A stretch of DNA of 64,000 nt. Source: Okamejei kenojei. Lineage: Eukaryota. Positions 53,540-64,000 of this stretch are shown one piece after another. The stretch's first letter is position 1, and each line of letters starts with the position of its first letter. The DNA is taken from NCBI GenBank assembly GCA_035221665.1, contig CM069163.1, positions 15,376,001 through 15,440,000 of the forward strand, given 5' to 3'. Under the pieces are notes generated by a model. It was not told the DNA's origin. It did no database searches and worked only from the letters and a program-made list of their open reading frames with translations. The translations under genes and the position numbers were made by a program.

Positions 53540-54960
53540 TGATCATAGACCCCTCAGCCCAGGGAAACATTCTCTCTGCATCCAGCCTGTTAAACCTTTT
53601 TTAGAAATGTTGGAAGTTTCAAAGAGATCTCCTCTCATTCTTAAAACCCAAGAAAATATGTACCAAACCACTCAATCTCTCTTCATGTGGTAACCCCACC
53701 TCGCCAGGAACCAATCTAATAAATCTTGGTAGTACTCACTCTGTGGCACATACATCTTCTCTTACGTAAGCAGACCAAAACCAAGTACAATCTCACCAAG
53801 GTGTTACACAATCACAATAAATTTCTGTCCTCCTGTGATCAAATTCTCTGATAATCAACCATTTACATTCGTAATCACCTGGAATACCTGGACCTGCTGC
53901 TTTCAGTGACGAGTGCAAGCACACCTAGGTCCTTTTGAACGTCAACACTATCCAAATTATTTGTAGTTTACCCTCAGATTCTCTGCTTCATACACGTTTT
54001 CCTACATTATACTCCATCTCTGCCCATATCCACTTGGGGCTTCCTTACAGCTCCCAATGCTCACAACCCCACCTAATTTAGTATTGCCAATAAACTTGGA
54101 AAAATGACAATTGTTCCCCTCAAGTGACTTGAGATAGATTGTGAATCACTGGGGCCCCAAGCATCTCGCCCTGTCCTATCATAATTTGAGAAGCATTCAT
54201 TTATTCCCACTCTTTGCTTTATCCAAGAACAAATTCTCCATCGTGTCTGTATACTGCCTTCATTTTTGTGCTCACTAACCTAGTTCCCAACCTTGTGTGG
54301 GAATCCAAACACACTATATCCACTGCATCCCCTTCTCTATTCTATGAATCACATCCTGAAAGTACACCAGTAGATTAGTTGAACATGATTTATCTTTCAT
54401 AAATCTATATTGTTATTACATTTTTGATTGTAAGTTCTAGCTTTTTCTCGACAACTGACGTTAGGCTTATAGGTCAGTAGGTGGCTGTTTGACCCTCCCT
54501 CTTCTAATGTAATGGTGTCATATTTGCCGAAATAGGACAGAAATAGGCCTCTCATGACTCTTCAGATCTGTCATCAACCTTCTCCTGTCTAAGAACAATA
54601 AACGCAACCTATCCAGTCTCTCCTCAAAGCTGAACACTTCACCCCAGGCAACATCCTGTGAATCGTCACTCCAATGCATTCACACCCTTCCTATCATGTG
54701 GTAACCAGAAATGCACACACTGCTCCAACTGTGACCTTGTACTAGAATTTCCCTTTCTTGTGCTCTGTGCCCTGGCTAATGAAGGCAAGTATCCTTACAT
54801 GCCAAAAAGCCTGGGAACATTAGACTGGCAAGTCTAACACCTGTAGGAGAAAAGCTACTGGAGTGGATTCTGAGGGATAAGATATACATGCGTTTGGAAA
54901 AACAGGTTGACTAAGGATTGCATGGTTTTGTGTGTGGGAGATCATGTCTCACAAATTGGA
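53540..54960 (-). mobile_element. Old degenerate CR1-type LINE fragments
   Basis: Reverse-complement similarity to CR1 3' regions elsewhere in the window; no open frame. Confidence 0.45.
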
Positions 54961-55114
54961 CAACAACCTGCATACTGTAATATGAAGAGTCTGGGGTATA
55001 ATGAGTGCTAAGCAGACTGCAGTGTACAAATATCTTTACTTGTACCGAGACATAGTCAGGCAAAACCCTGCTTGTGTGCTGAGTATCAAACCAGAAATAG
55101 TTTCAAATACTCAC

Positions 55115-55220
55115 CTTGTACCAGAGAGTAATGCGTCTTTCAACAATCTGATTCCACATCTTTTCAAGATCTGCCTGTCCTTTGATAGGTATCAGCTCTT
55201 GCGTCTCAGTGTCTTTGTAA
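55115..55220 (-). CDS. NOXA1: NOXA1 exon, PB1 second half (SYKDTETQELIPIKGQADLEKMWNQIVERRITLWYK)
   Basis: ttctctcccag acceptor, 106 nt (phase 2 to 0), gtgagt donor. Confidence 0.9.
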
Positions 55221-55454
55221 CTGGGAGAGAAATGGATGTGATCATCAGAATGAGAGAAAGTAATACATGCAGCATGGGTTAGAGAACTAACAATTGTGTT
55301 AAGTGTTAGACAATTAACAAAGAAGCGTATCCCCAATGGCCATTGGAAAGCAGTGAAACACCTTATTTTTAGGCACTGCAATCCTTGTAATGAAGTACTC
55401 CAGTTATACTCCAGTTAGGTAAGCTAGGTTGGACACTGTAATGACACTAATTCT

Positions 55455-56165
55455 CCACCGGGTGGCGCCCGTAATGGCCACCTCGCCAGCAGTCTATCGT
55501 GTCCCTTCTGTTTTTATTATTTTAAGTATGTTTTGAATGCTTGTTTTAATGTCTCTTGGTATGTTTTATGTAGGGGGTGCGGAGGGAGGGGGGGGGGGAT
55601 CTAGGGAAACTTTTTCTAGTCACTTACCTTGACGGAGTTGCGTTTTTTCTCCGTGTCATATCTCCGTCTCCCCCCCGTGGCCTACAACATGGAGTGGCGA
55701 TCGGCCCAGAGCTTCAAGCCACGGGTGCGGCGCGGATTTACCATCGCGGAGCCTGGGACCGTTTGCCGAGGATCGCCAGTGTCGGAGCTCCGATCGGCAG
55801 GGCTCGTGGACTTTAACACTGAAGCAGCGGTCTCCAGTAAGAAGCAGCCGACTTGGGAGCTCCTGCCGCGGAGTGTTCCGATCCGTCCCGATGCCAGAGT
55901 TCCAATCCTCCCAGCGAGAGGGCTTGAACAGTGGACTGTCGGCATCGGCCCCGTTCAAAGGCCCCGACCACGGGTGAACAAAGGAAGAAGATGACTGAAC
56001 TTTATTGTCTTCCATCTCAGTGAGGAATGTTAATTCCACTGTGGTGGATGTTTATGTTAAACTTTATTTTATGTGCTGTGTGTATTTTTGCTTTTTACCT
56101 GGCCGTATAGTAACTCGAATTACACTGTACCTTAATTGGTACATGTGACAATTAAATTGAATCTT
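55455..56165 (+). mobile_element. Non-autonomous CpG-rich retroelement ending in the Rex1/Babar-type tail
   Basis: CpG-rich non-coding body followed by ttacactgtacc...gtacatgtgacaattaaattgaatctt, the tail shared with other copies in the window. Confidence 0.45.
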
Positions 56166-57013
56166 GTAATGGGGAAAAAGGTCATATTTGCAAATCAGGG
56201 AAAGTGTCTGGATGATACAATATGGTAGCCACACAGAAGGGCACCATTTTGGCCACTGAGTCAATGCTAGCACAGTCCCAATACCTCTGAAATCCTGCAA
56301 TCTTATTTTCTTTCAATGCTGATCCAATTTCCTTTTGAAATTATTATTAATCTCTGCTTTCACCACCCTCAACAACAACGAGTTCCAGGTCATCACCATT
56401 TACTGTTTTTAAAAGGGGTTTTCTTTGCATTGGTCCACATCTCCTGTCCACATTCTTTGGGCCATTAGCTGGGAGAACAGCCTTTCTTTACCTACCTTGT
56501 CTAAACCCGTCATAATCCTGTCTCTTTCTGCCAAACTTTCTTTTGACCTCCTTTTTTCCCCTCACAAAGAGATTCCAAGCTTCTCCAACCTAACCTTGTA
56601 ACTGAGATCCCTCAACTCCTGAAGATGGGATCGATGAAGAAGCTGATAGTAGATGGGTTGAGGGCACTGCTTTAAGCAATCCTGCTTCAATGCCTTGGGC
56701 CGAGGTTATCAGGTTCAATATTCATAATTGTTTTTTCTGAGCTGAGTATAGCTTCAGTCAGTCAAATTCCTACTAACTTCAAATCTACTAACAGTTCTGC
56801 GACACCACACTTGGTGAAAAGCTGTCAACAACGGTCGCTCTCGCTCGATCCCTAAACTTTGGCTATTTTGTCATTGTTTGGACTAGGTTAGGATTAAAGA
56901 AAGATTAACTCTAGTCCTACTTAGAGGGAAATAATAGAAAATGAGCGAGATAAATCAACTGGCCAAGAACTGTGAGCGTTAAACTTGTTCAGTGTACTCT
57001 CCCCATCCTTCAC

Positions 57014-57156
57014 CTTAATTGCATCTGTCCTGACTGTTGGCCAAGCTTGGATCTGATGATGTTTAGAAGGTCAGTGTAGGATGTGCCAGGTGTCACTCTT
57101 GTTGCCACTGTATACTCGTAGTGAACCTTCATTACCACAGAGTCAGGATGAATGAC
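57014..57156 (-). CDS. NOXA1: NOXA1 exon, PB1 first half (VIHPDSVVMKVHYEYTVATRVTPGTSYTDLLNIIRSKLGQQSGQMQL)
   Basis: ttttgatcag acceptor, 143 nt (phase 0 to 2), gtgaag donor; KVHY.YTV PB1 motif. Not represented in the supplied ORF track. Confidence 0.92.
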
Positions 57157-57607
57157 CTGATCAAAAGCAATTTCATAACGTTAGAAGGCACAGAAATTGG
57201 AACCAAATGCATTTTACCCCCAGATTTTTCATTCCTCCCCTCGAAGTCCAACCTTACTTACAACCACCGGGTGGAATGTTGGTCTGGTGGGTCACTGAAG
57301 GCTGAGAGCGTTCAGTGCCCATGAACCCCTGGCCTCAGATGAAACTGTGAGGGGCCCCAACCACTCCCCATTGCAACAATATCAGAAGCTACTTTCTTAG
57401 AGTGAAATAGATGCTTCCTCATTTTCAGCCAAATCAGTAATAGTTAGTCAAGAGATTAGGAATGAAAGAGACCGAGTGCGGAATGGAGTTTAAGAGTGTG
57501 GGAACTATGCTCACGCTCTTATTGTGCTCCAGTCAGTCACAGACCTCAGTTCCTCTGGGAAACGTCCGCAGAGCCCCACAGTCTCAGGTCACTTCAGCGT
57601 TCTCCCT

Positions 57608-57915
57608 GGGTGGCACGGTGGTGCAGCGGTAGAGTTGCTGCCTTACAGCGCCAGAGACCCGGGTTCAATCCTGACTACGGGTGCCTGGCTGTACGGTGTT
57701 TGTACGCTCTCCCCGTGACCTGTGTGGGTCTCCGGGTGCTCCGGTTTCCTCCCACACTCCAAAGACATACAGGTTTGTCGGTTAATTGGCTTGGTAAAAA
57801 TTGTAAATTGTCCCTAGTGCATGTAGGATAGTGTTAATGTGCAGGGATGGCTGGTCAGTACGGACTCGGTGAGCCGAAGGGCCTGTTTCTGCATTGTATC
57901 TCTAAACTAAACTAG
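57608..57915 (+). mobile_element. Full-length HE1-like V-SINE
   Basis: tRNA-like head with A/B boxes (ggtggtgcagcggtag, ggttcaatcc), V-domain ctccggtttcctcccacactccaaagac, CR1-derived tail ending ctaaactaaact. Confidence 0.88.
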
Positions 57916-58079
57916 AGGTCACAAACAGGATGATCCAAGTTGACCCAACACCTCTACCTGATCCCGTCACAGAAATATTTTTTTCCTGCCTAATTATTTT
58001 CCCTTCCCTCATCCTGGGACTTCCCTCTTGGATCTGTGTCGCCTAGGACACCCTTCATCACTGACAGTTTACAGTTTCC

Positions 58080-59345
58080 TTGTCTCAATCAGCTAATTTT
58101 CCCAATAGATGTCCAATTCTTCAATACCTTCATTCCACACCAGCTTAGCATGCAAGCTTTATTCTTCGTTCTTACATAAACGTCTATAGCTGTTTTGATA
58201 ACACCTCCTACTATCCTGCTTGCTATGCACAATCCATTCAATCCTTCAGTATCGCTATTGTCTTTCAGGTTCTATTAATGTAGCTTCCTCTCCAGTGCTT
58301 CTGAGATATCTTCATTTCCTCAACTATGATATCCCTCCACCTTAGTTGACAGGGCTCTCAACTGTTCTGGATGCATTTCCAGTCCTTCTGTTCTCGCCTC
58401 CTCTACTCCCACCATGCACCCCACTGCCTTGAACGTTCAATGGATTATCCTCCACAATGTCTCCTACTTCCAACATTAATACACCACAAGACTGCATTCT
58501 GAGGGAACAGTCAATCCCGAACACTGATTCACTCTTCCATCTCCCTCAACAGTCCTCCTCCTCCCATGGCATTATCCCATTTAACTGTAGGAGAAGTAAC
58601 ACTTGCACTTTTCGCTCTTCCCTTCCTACTTCAGGGACTTGGTCACTTCTTCCCACTTTGGTGCACACAATCATATTGGTGCAACTAAATGCAGATTGGG
58701 TAAGTGCTTTGTAGAGCAGTACTGTTCAGACCACTAGTCACCTTGAAATTCTAGTTGCCTGTCACTTTTCCATCCTACTCCCATTCTGATCTCTCTGTTT
58801 TACATTGAAGGTAGGAAACATCTCATCTTCTAATCAACAACATTGCAGCCTTCAGGACTTAATATTAATTTCAAGTTGATTCCCAAGGGCCCCTGTCTAA
58901 ATACACCTACATCCCTCCTCAGGAAGGTTCTAAAGCCTTTGCAAAACAAAGATCCCACCAGTTCCCCTTCACTAACACTCTCATCCACCTGGTTGAACTT
59001 GGTCTTATCCTGAACAATTTTTTCTCTTTTGACTTCTTGCTCTTCCTGCACATCAAAGGTGAAACAATGGGCACTGACATAGACTCCAGCTACGCCTGTC
59101 TTTTCATTGGCTATGTGAAACAGTCCCTGCTCCAAATCTTCTCCGATACCACATCCTAACTCTTTCTCTGTTACATCGATGGCTGCATTGGTGCTGCTTC
59201 CTGCACCCATGCGGAACTCAGTGTTTTTACCAACTTCGCCAACTTTACCAAGCATCAATTGGAGCATTTCTCTCCCTTTTGTAGATCTCTGTCTCCATCT
59301 CAGGAGCCAAATTATCCACTGGCATCTAATATAAACCTACTGTCT
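58080..59345 (+). mobile_element. Degenerate Penelope-like RT/GIY-YIG fragments
   Basis: IKGETMGT..PATPVFSLA-like RT remnant (59052-59180) and PFNCRRSNTC knuckle remnant. Confidence 0.6.
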
Positions 59346-60032
59346 CCCACAGTTGTGTTCAATGAATAGAGGATTCTAAAACTAGAGGCCATGTGCTTAA
59401 GATGAGGGAGAATTTATTTTAAAAGGACCTCAGTGGGTAATCCATATCTGGAATGAGCTGCCAGACAATGCTATCAAAGCGATACAATCATGACTTTTAA
59501 AAGACATTGTATAGTTATATGGATAGGAGAGGTTTAGAGGGCTATGGGCCAAATGCAGGCCAACGAAAGTAGCCCAACATGATAAATTACAGTGAGATAC
59601 ACACCTGAGTACAGACTGGTGGACCAAGAATGCTATAAACAGGATCGGAGTTAAGCAAGTTACCAATGATGTGAGATGGAGACAGGCTTCAGTCACAGGC
59701 CTGTCAATGTTTAATAAACAAAGAATAAGCTTGATGGACAAGATGCCTTTTTGTTTGTGCCTATCTATGCCCAGAGGGCACTGTGAGATGGTACCACAGG
59801 CAAACTAATCTTGTAACCTGTTTTAGATGTCACAGAAGTCCAAATGGTCAGGCTTGGTGATACATGGGTCAGAAACAGTCAGGGAGGGGGAGGAAGGGTC
59901 ATGAAGTAGGGGGAGTGGAGCTACGGGGAACAGAGAGCCCGGGAAGGAAGTGGGAGGAGTAGGGGTCCCAGGGAGAGATCGAGGAACAGAAGGCCCTGGG
60001 AGTTAAATAACAAGACGTTGCCACACTGATAC

Positions 60033-60158
60033 CTGAGTGTTGTCCTTCATTACCTCCCTGGGTACAGCTGCCGGTGCAGAATTTAATTGTGCTGTGGTTC
60101 CTGCTGGTATGTCGGGCAATGTCGGAGGCACACTACTTGGTTCAGCAGATTCAAGATG
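60033..60158 (-). CDS. NOXA1: NOXA1 linker exon (HLESAEPSSVPPTLPDIPAGTTAQLNSAPAAVPREVMKDNTQ)
   Basis: tgtcttttccag acceptor, 126 nt phase 0-0, CAG|gtatca donor; low-complexity Pro-rich linker, so homology support is weak. Confidence 0.7.
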
Positions 60159-60913
60159 CTGGAAAAGACAAAATACAATGGTATGAAGCCTGTAGATTCC
60201 TAATACAGCTGCATTACCCTCCTCTATTGCCCCACTCATGAAGCTACTGATGCAGACTACACCCACCCCACCCCCAACACCGTTCCGTCACTCCCAACTC
60301 CCACCACTTTCTACGAGGATCAGCATCAGAAGACGGGGGCATTGCCTTGGGAGGAGGGGAAACAAACACAATTCCTTTATTTCTCAGTGGTCACCAACCG
60401 GCCGTCAGGGCTAGGCTTTCCTATCAGTTTTTACTTCTCACTGGATGTCTCATGTTCCTGCTGCCCCACTTAAACAGGTTACTTTTCCATCAATCTTCAA
60501 CGTTTAATATTTCGTAGTAAGTTGCCATGACTTCAGGTTGTGAAGTTGGTGTTCCTGTCTTGGTTCATCAGAGCACATGGCTTTTATGCTGGGTCTAGTA
60601 GACGAGGAATGTGCATGCCCATTTTAAACAAGAGTTCATTGCATGAACACACACATTCCCCCAATGACCTTGTTCACATCCTCCGACTCCGTACACAGAT
60701 TGCCCCCCCACAATTAAGAGAACTTTAAATTTGAAATTATCCACATCCCTTACCATAATTACTATGAAACTTACTGAGTTTCACAAGTAAGGGCACAGGA
60801 GTATCGTTCGTCCCTATTTCCTGCTCCTCTTACTTGCATCCTGCTATTTTCAGCTCCTTTCATCACACTTTCCCTCCTCAAGTCCAATTTCATCATTACA
60901 AACACAAACATAC

Positions 60914-60973
60914 CATTGGGCGAAGAGGTCCAAATCCAGCAAATCTATCATTTGGGACAACGGAGGAGATTAC
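60914..60973 (-). CDS. NOXA1: NOXA1 activation-domain exon (VISSVVPNDRFAGFGPLRPM)
   Basis: ttttatctccag acceptor, 60 nt, gtatgt donor; aligns with p67phox VVASVVDQDSFSGFAPLQP. Confidence 0.92.
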
Positions 60974-61359
60974 CTGGAGATAAAATTGAGAGAGTCGCTG
61001 TGTTAATTGGCTGGAAGACAAAGTTTGCATTTTACAGTATAGTGAAGACACTGGTTGATTCGGTTTCCACAAAGGTCCACGTTATAACTTCTGTCCGATT
61101 AGAAACGCATTTGGTCACATTATCCTTGTGTCAGTTGGCCTAAATCTGTGCTCCATTCTTTCAACAGAGTTAACGTTTAAGGTCAATAACCCTTCGTTAG
61201 AATTGTCATCAACCTGAAATGTTAACTTTTTCCCCCTCCCATAGATGCACTCTAATCCGCTGGGTATTTCCAGTATTTTCTGTTTTTATTTAAGATTTAT
61301 AGTATCTGCAGATCTTTGCTTTCCAACTAAGAGAACTAATTTACGTTTTATATCTAAAC

Positions 61360-61717
61360 TTATTCTGTGGTAGGAAAGTTACTGAGGGATAAGATGTTCA
61401 TGCGTTTGGATTTAAGGGGTTGATTAGGGATAGTCAACATGGTTTTGTGCATGTAAGGTCGTGTCTCACTAATTTGATTGAGTTTTTTAAAGAAGCAACC
61501 AAGAAAGTTGATGAGTGCAGGGCCATAAATGTTGCCTACATGGAGTTCAGCAAGGCCTTTGATCAGGTTTTGCATGCTAGGCTATTTTGCAAGGTGAGAT
61601 CGCATTGGATCCAGGGAAAGCTAGCTGACTGGATAGTGAATTGGCTTCATGTTAGGAAGCAGAGGGGGTGCTGGAAGCTTGTTTTTCGGTCCGGAGGCCT
61701 ACGACCAGTGGTGTGCC
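61360..61717 (+). mobile_element. CR1-type LINE RT fragment
   Basis: IRDSQHGFVHVRSCLTNLIEFF..VAYMEFSKAFDQVLH..WIVNWL. Confidence 0.85.
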
Positions 61718-61741
61718 TTATATATATATATATATATATAC

Positions 61742-61775
<34 letters not shown>

Positions 61776-61791
61776 ATATATATATATATAT
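61718..61791. repeat. (TA)n(CA)n(TA)n microsatellite
   Basis: Read directly from the sequence. Confidence 0.95.
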
Positions 61792-62039
61792 GTCTGTGGG
61801 AGTGTGGGAGGAAACCGAAGATCTCGATGAAAACCCACGCGGTTATGAGGAGAATGTACAAACTCCGTACAGACAGCACCCGTAGTCAGGATCAATCCCG
61901 TGTCTCTGGCGCCAAAAGGGCTTCTTTTGAGAAGTTATAAATTTAATTGACAAGCATTCTTATCGGTGAACTGTCATCGTTAACAAGACTCCATTTATTA
62001 GGTTTAGACTGAGTGAGATATGGATTAACTTCCACTTAC

Positions 62040-62147
62040 TTTGGATGTTCCCAGGAAGTCCTTGAGTTTCAGTTCATCCACTTCATGTTTGCTGGGTCTG
62101 AACACAATCCCCTTGGGTATATCAACTGGCTCAAAGGTTTTATTCCT
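62040..62147 (-). CDS. NOXA1: NOXA1 exon following the TPRs (RNKTFEPVDIPKGIVFRPSKHEVDELKLKDFLGTSK)
   Basis: ttgtttcttttag acceptor, 108 nt phase 0-0, gtaagt donor; EPV.IP.G..FRP and DFLG motifs of p67phox/NOXA1. Confidence 0.93.
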
Positions 62148-64000
62148 CTAAAAGAAACAAACTAAAGGTCAATTAATATCAGCACCAACTGCACTCTTGC
62201 CAGGCAGTGGGGCAGCAGCAATGGGTCAAGGAAGGTAATGGTGCCGGGTGGGGGGGCAGAAAGCAGGAGAGTTAGCGAGGAAGCTGGGACCATCAGTGGA
62301 AGAGGAGGCAGCAGGAGAATAGGAGATGTTAGGCCATTGTTTGTTGTAGCCTGTTTGATTGGAAATGTTAGTTTTTGATTTTTAAGATTGATGAAGTGAT
62401 GTTATGATCATGTAACTGGGTTGCTAATCCTGTGGTTATATGAAAGATTCAAAGGTGTGTTCCAATCTAATAGATGTATTCAAGAGAGAGTTAGATGTAT
62501 CTCTTAGGGCTAATGGAATCAAAGGATATGGAGAGAAAGCAGGAACGGGTTACTGATTTTGGATGATCAACCATGATCATATTGAAAAGCGATGAAGAGC
62601 CAAATGGCCTACTCCTGCACCTATGTTTCTATGTTTCTAATCATGATAAAATATCCGTTCAGTGTCCAGGAACCCACTAGACTGCTGTACACTCCCAATT
62701 TGTTTGCTGAGGTCCTCCCGGAAGACATCACCACCTTTACCCAGTTCAGGCATCTTTGGACATCGACATGGCCTACTCACAACTTCATACTGGAAAGATC
62801 AGCGAGATACCACTCTAATAAACAGAGAGCAGATGGTTTTTAATCTACTTTCCACACCCAGAATCATTGCTGCATCCACACCCCATGCACTTCCCCGTCA
62901 TAAAACAATACAATGTATAGTACAAAAACTAGGCTTTTGTCCCAACATCCGTACCAAACAACCGGTAGAACAGTGATGAAGAGTCCCGACCCAAAACGTC
63001 ACCCATCGCTTTGGATGCTGCCTGACCCGCTGAGTTACTCCAGCATCTCTGTGATCGGTCTCTTTCCGAGATCACATAAACTAGCTTTCAGCCATAAACG
63101 CTGTGAACACTCAGTAGGCTAAGCAGCAACTGCGGAAAGAGATAAAGCTTCATATCAATGATAGCTGCCTAACATTTTGAGAATTTACTGCTTTTATTTC
63201 AGATTTCCAGAAATGGGTCAATGCAATCCATTCCACACGAACTGTTTCCATGCTGTACGATTCTAGGAAGTCTAGGAGCAGCTGAGGATTCAAAGGTAAC
63301 CAACTTTGACTGTAGAACTGAATACCTGGACAGCTTTTCCTCTGTCCAAGTTGTCCAGTGTACAGTATATATATATACACACACACACAGTGGACAGTGT
63401 GTTTCTGTGGTACATGCTGAGGTACTATTGGGATACTGAGTTGGATGATCAGCCATGATCATATTGAATGGCGGTGCAGGCTCGAAGGGCTGAATGGCCT
63501 ACTCCTGCGCCTAATTTCTATGCTCAGAGAGGGAGCTCTGACAAGAGCATGAAACAGCCATCTGTTTCAATCAGGGCAACAAGTGAATCAGCATGTACAA
63601 TGGAGAATCAAGATTTCCTATGGAGAAAAGTCAAGATCTATTGCTTGCAATTCCTGCAACATGTTATAATTTCAGGAGAATTTCTGTGAGTAAATGAGAT
63701 CACGTTTATTGGCAATGCTCCACCTGCATGAACTGAAGCTCAGGGCTTCGAGTGCACGCTAGCAGATGGATAGATAGATAGAGAAATACTTTATTAATCC
63801 CCTTTTCAGGGAAATTCAGATGTCCTTGCAGCGCACTAATAAAAATACAGCATAACATTAAAGAAATTTAACCTTAAAACATAAAAGCAGGAGTCAAAAC
63901 AGAGCAGAAGGGTGACAGGATGTGGGGATCAAGGCCAGGCCATCGTGCAGCCGCAGATATCAAGATGGCAGGCGTGTGGTCATCCGAAAGATCGGGATGT

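Larger units (their letters stand above)
51723..62147 (-). other. NOXA1: NADPH oxidase activator 1, 3' portion of gene (7 identifiable coding exons; 5' TPR exons outside window)
   Basis: Phase-consistent GT-AG exons encoding post-TPR helix, activation domain, PB1 and C-terminal SH3 of the p67phox/NOXA1 family. No intact central SH3; linked to TUBB4B as in human. Confidence 0.85.

Noticed and set aside
57608-57680. tRNA gene
   Set aside because: It is the tRNA-derived head of a SINE, continuous with the V-domain and LINE tail.
63150-63700. Further NOXA1 TPR exon
   Set aside because: The candidate acceptors I checked lead to early stops and no TPR-like translation, so upstream exons probably lie beyond the window.

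Overview
Vertebrate genomic DNA, most likely a cartilaginous fish (skate/ray-like), inferred from HE1-type V-SINEs and CR1/HER1, Rex1-Babar and Penelope repeats. There are three protein-coding genes. (1) A near-canonical four-exon beta-tubulin of TUBB4B type (+, CDS 2700-13091, 443 aa). (2) A tandem four-exon beta-tubulin paralog (+, CDS 23491-43805, 446 aa) with an intact frame but substitutions clustered in normally invariant GTP-site loops (G71S, Q94R, G98S, signature GGGTGSG to GGGSGAG, T178V, Y208H). It also has a remodelled helix H12 and tail and a different, TATA-less CRE/CCAAT promoter. (3) The last seven identifiable coding exons of NOXA1 (-, 62147 to 51723; activation domain, PB1, C-terminal SH3), convergent with the tubulins; its TPR exons lie outside the window. 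The rest is transposon-rich: an internally deleted CsRn1-like Gypsy LTR element, Penelope fragments whose terminal repeats carry hammerhead-ribozyme-like cores, nested DNA/LINE insertions, a Helitron-like element and an unusual strand-asymmetric hairpin element. The best candidate for something undescribed is the divergent beta-tubulin paralog. All alignments were done by eye, reference sequences are recalled from memory, and repeat boundaries are approximate.
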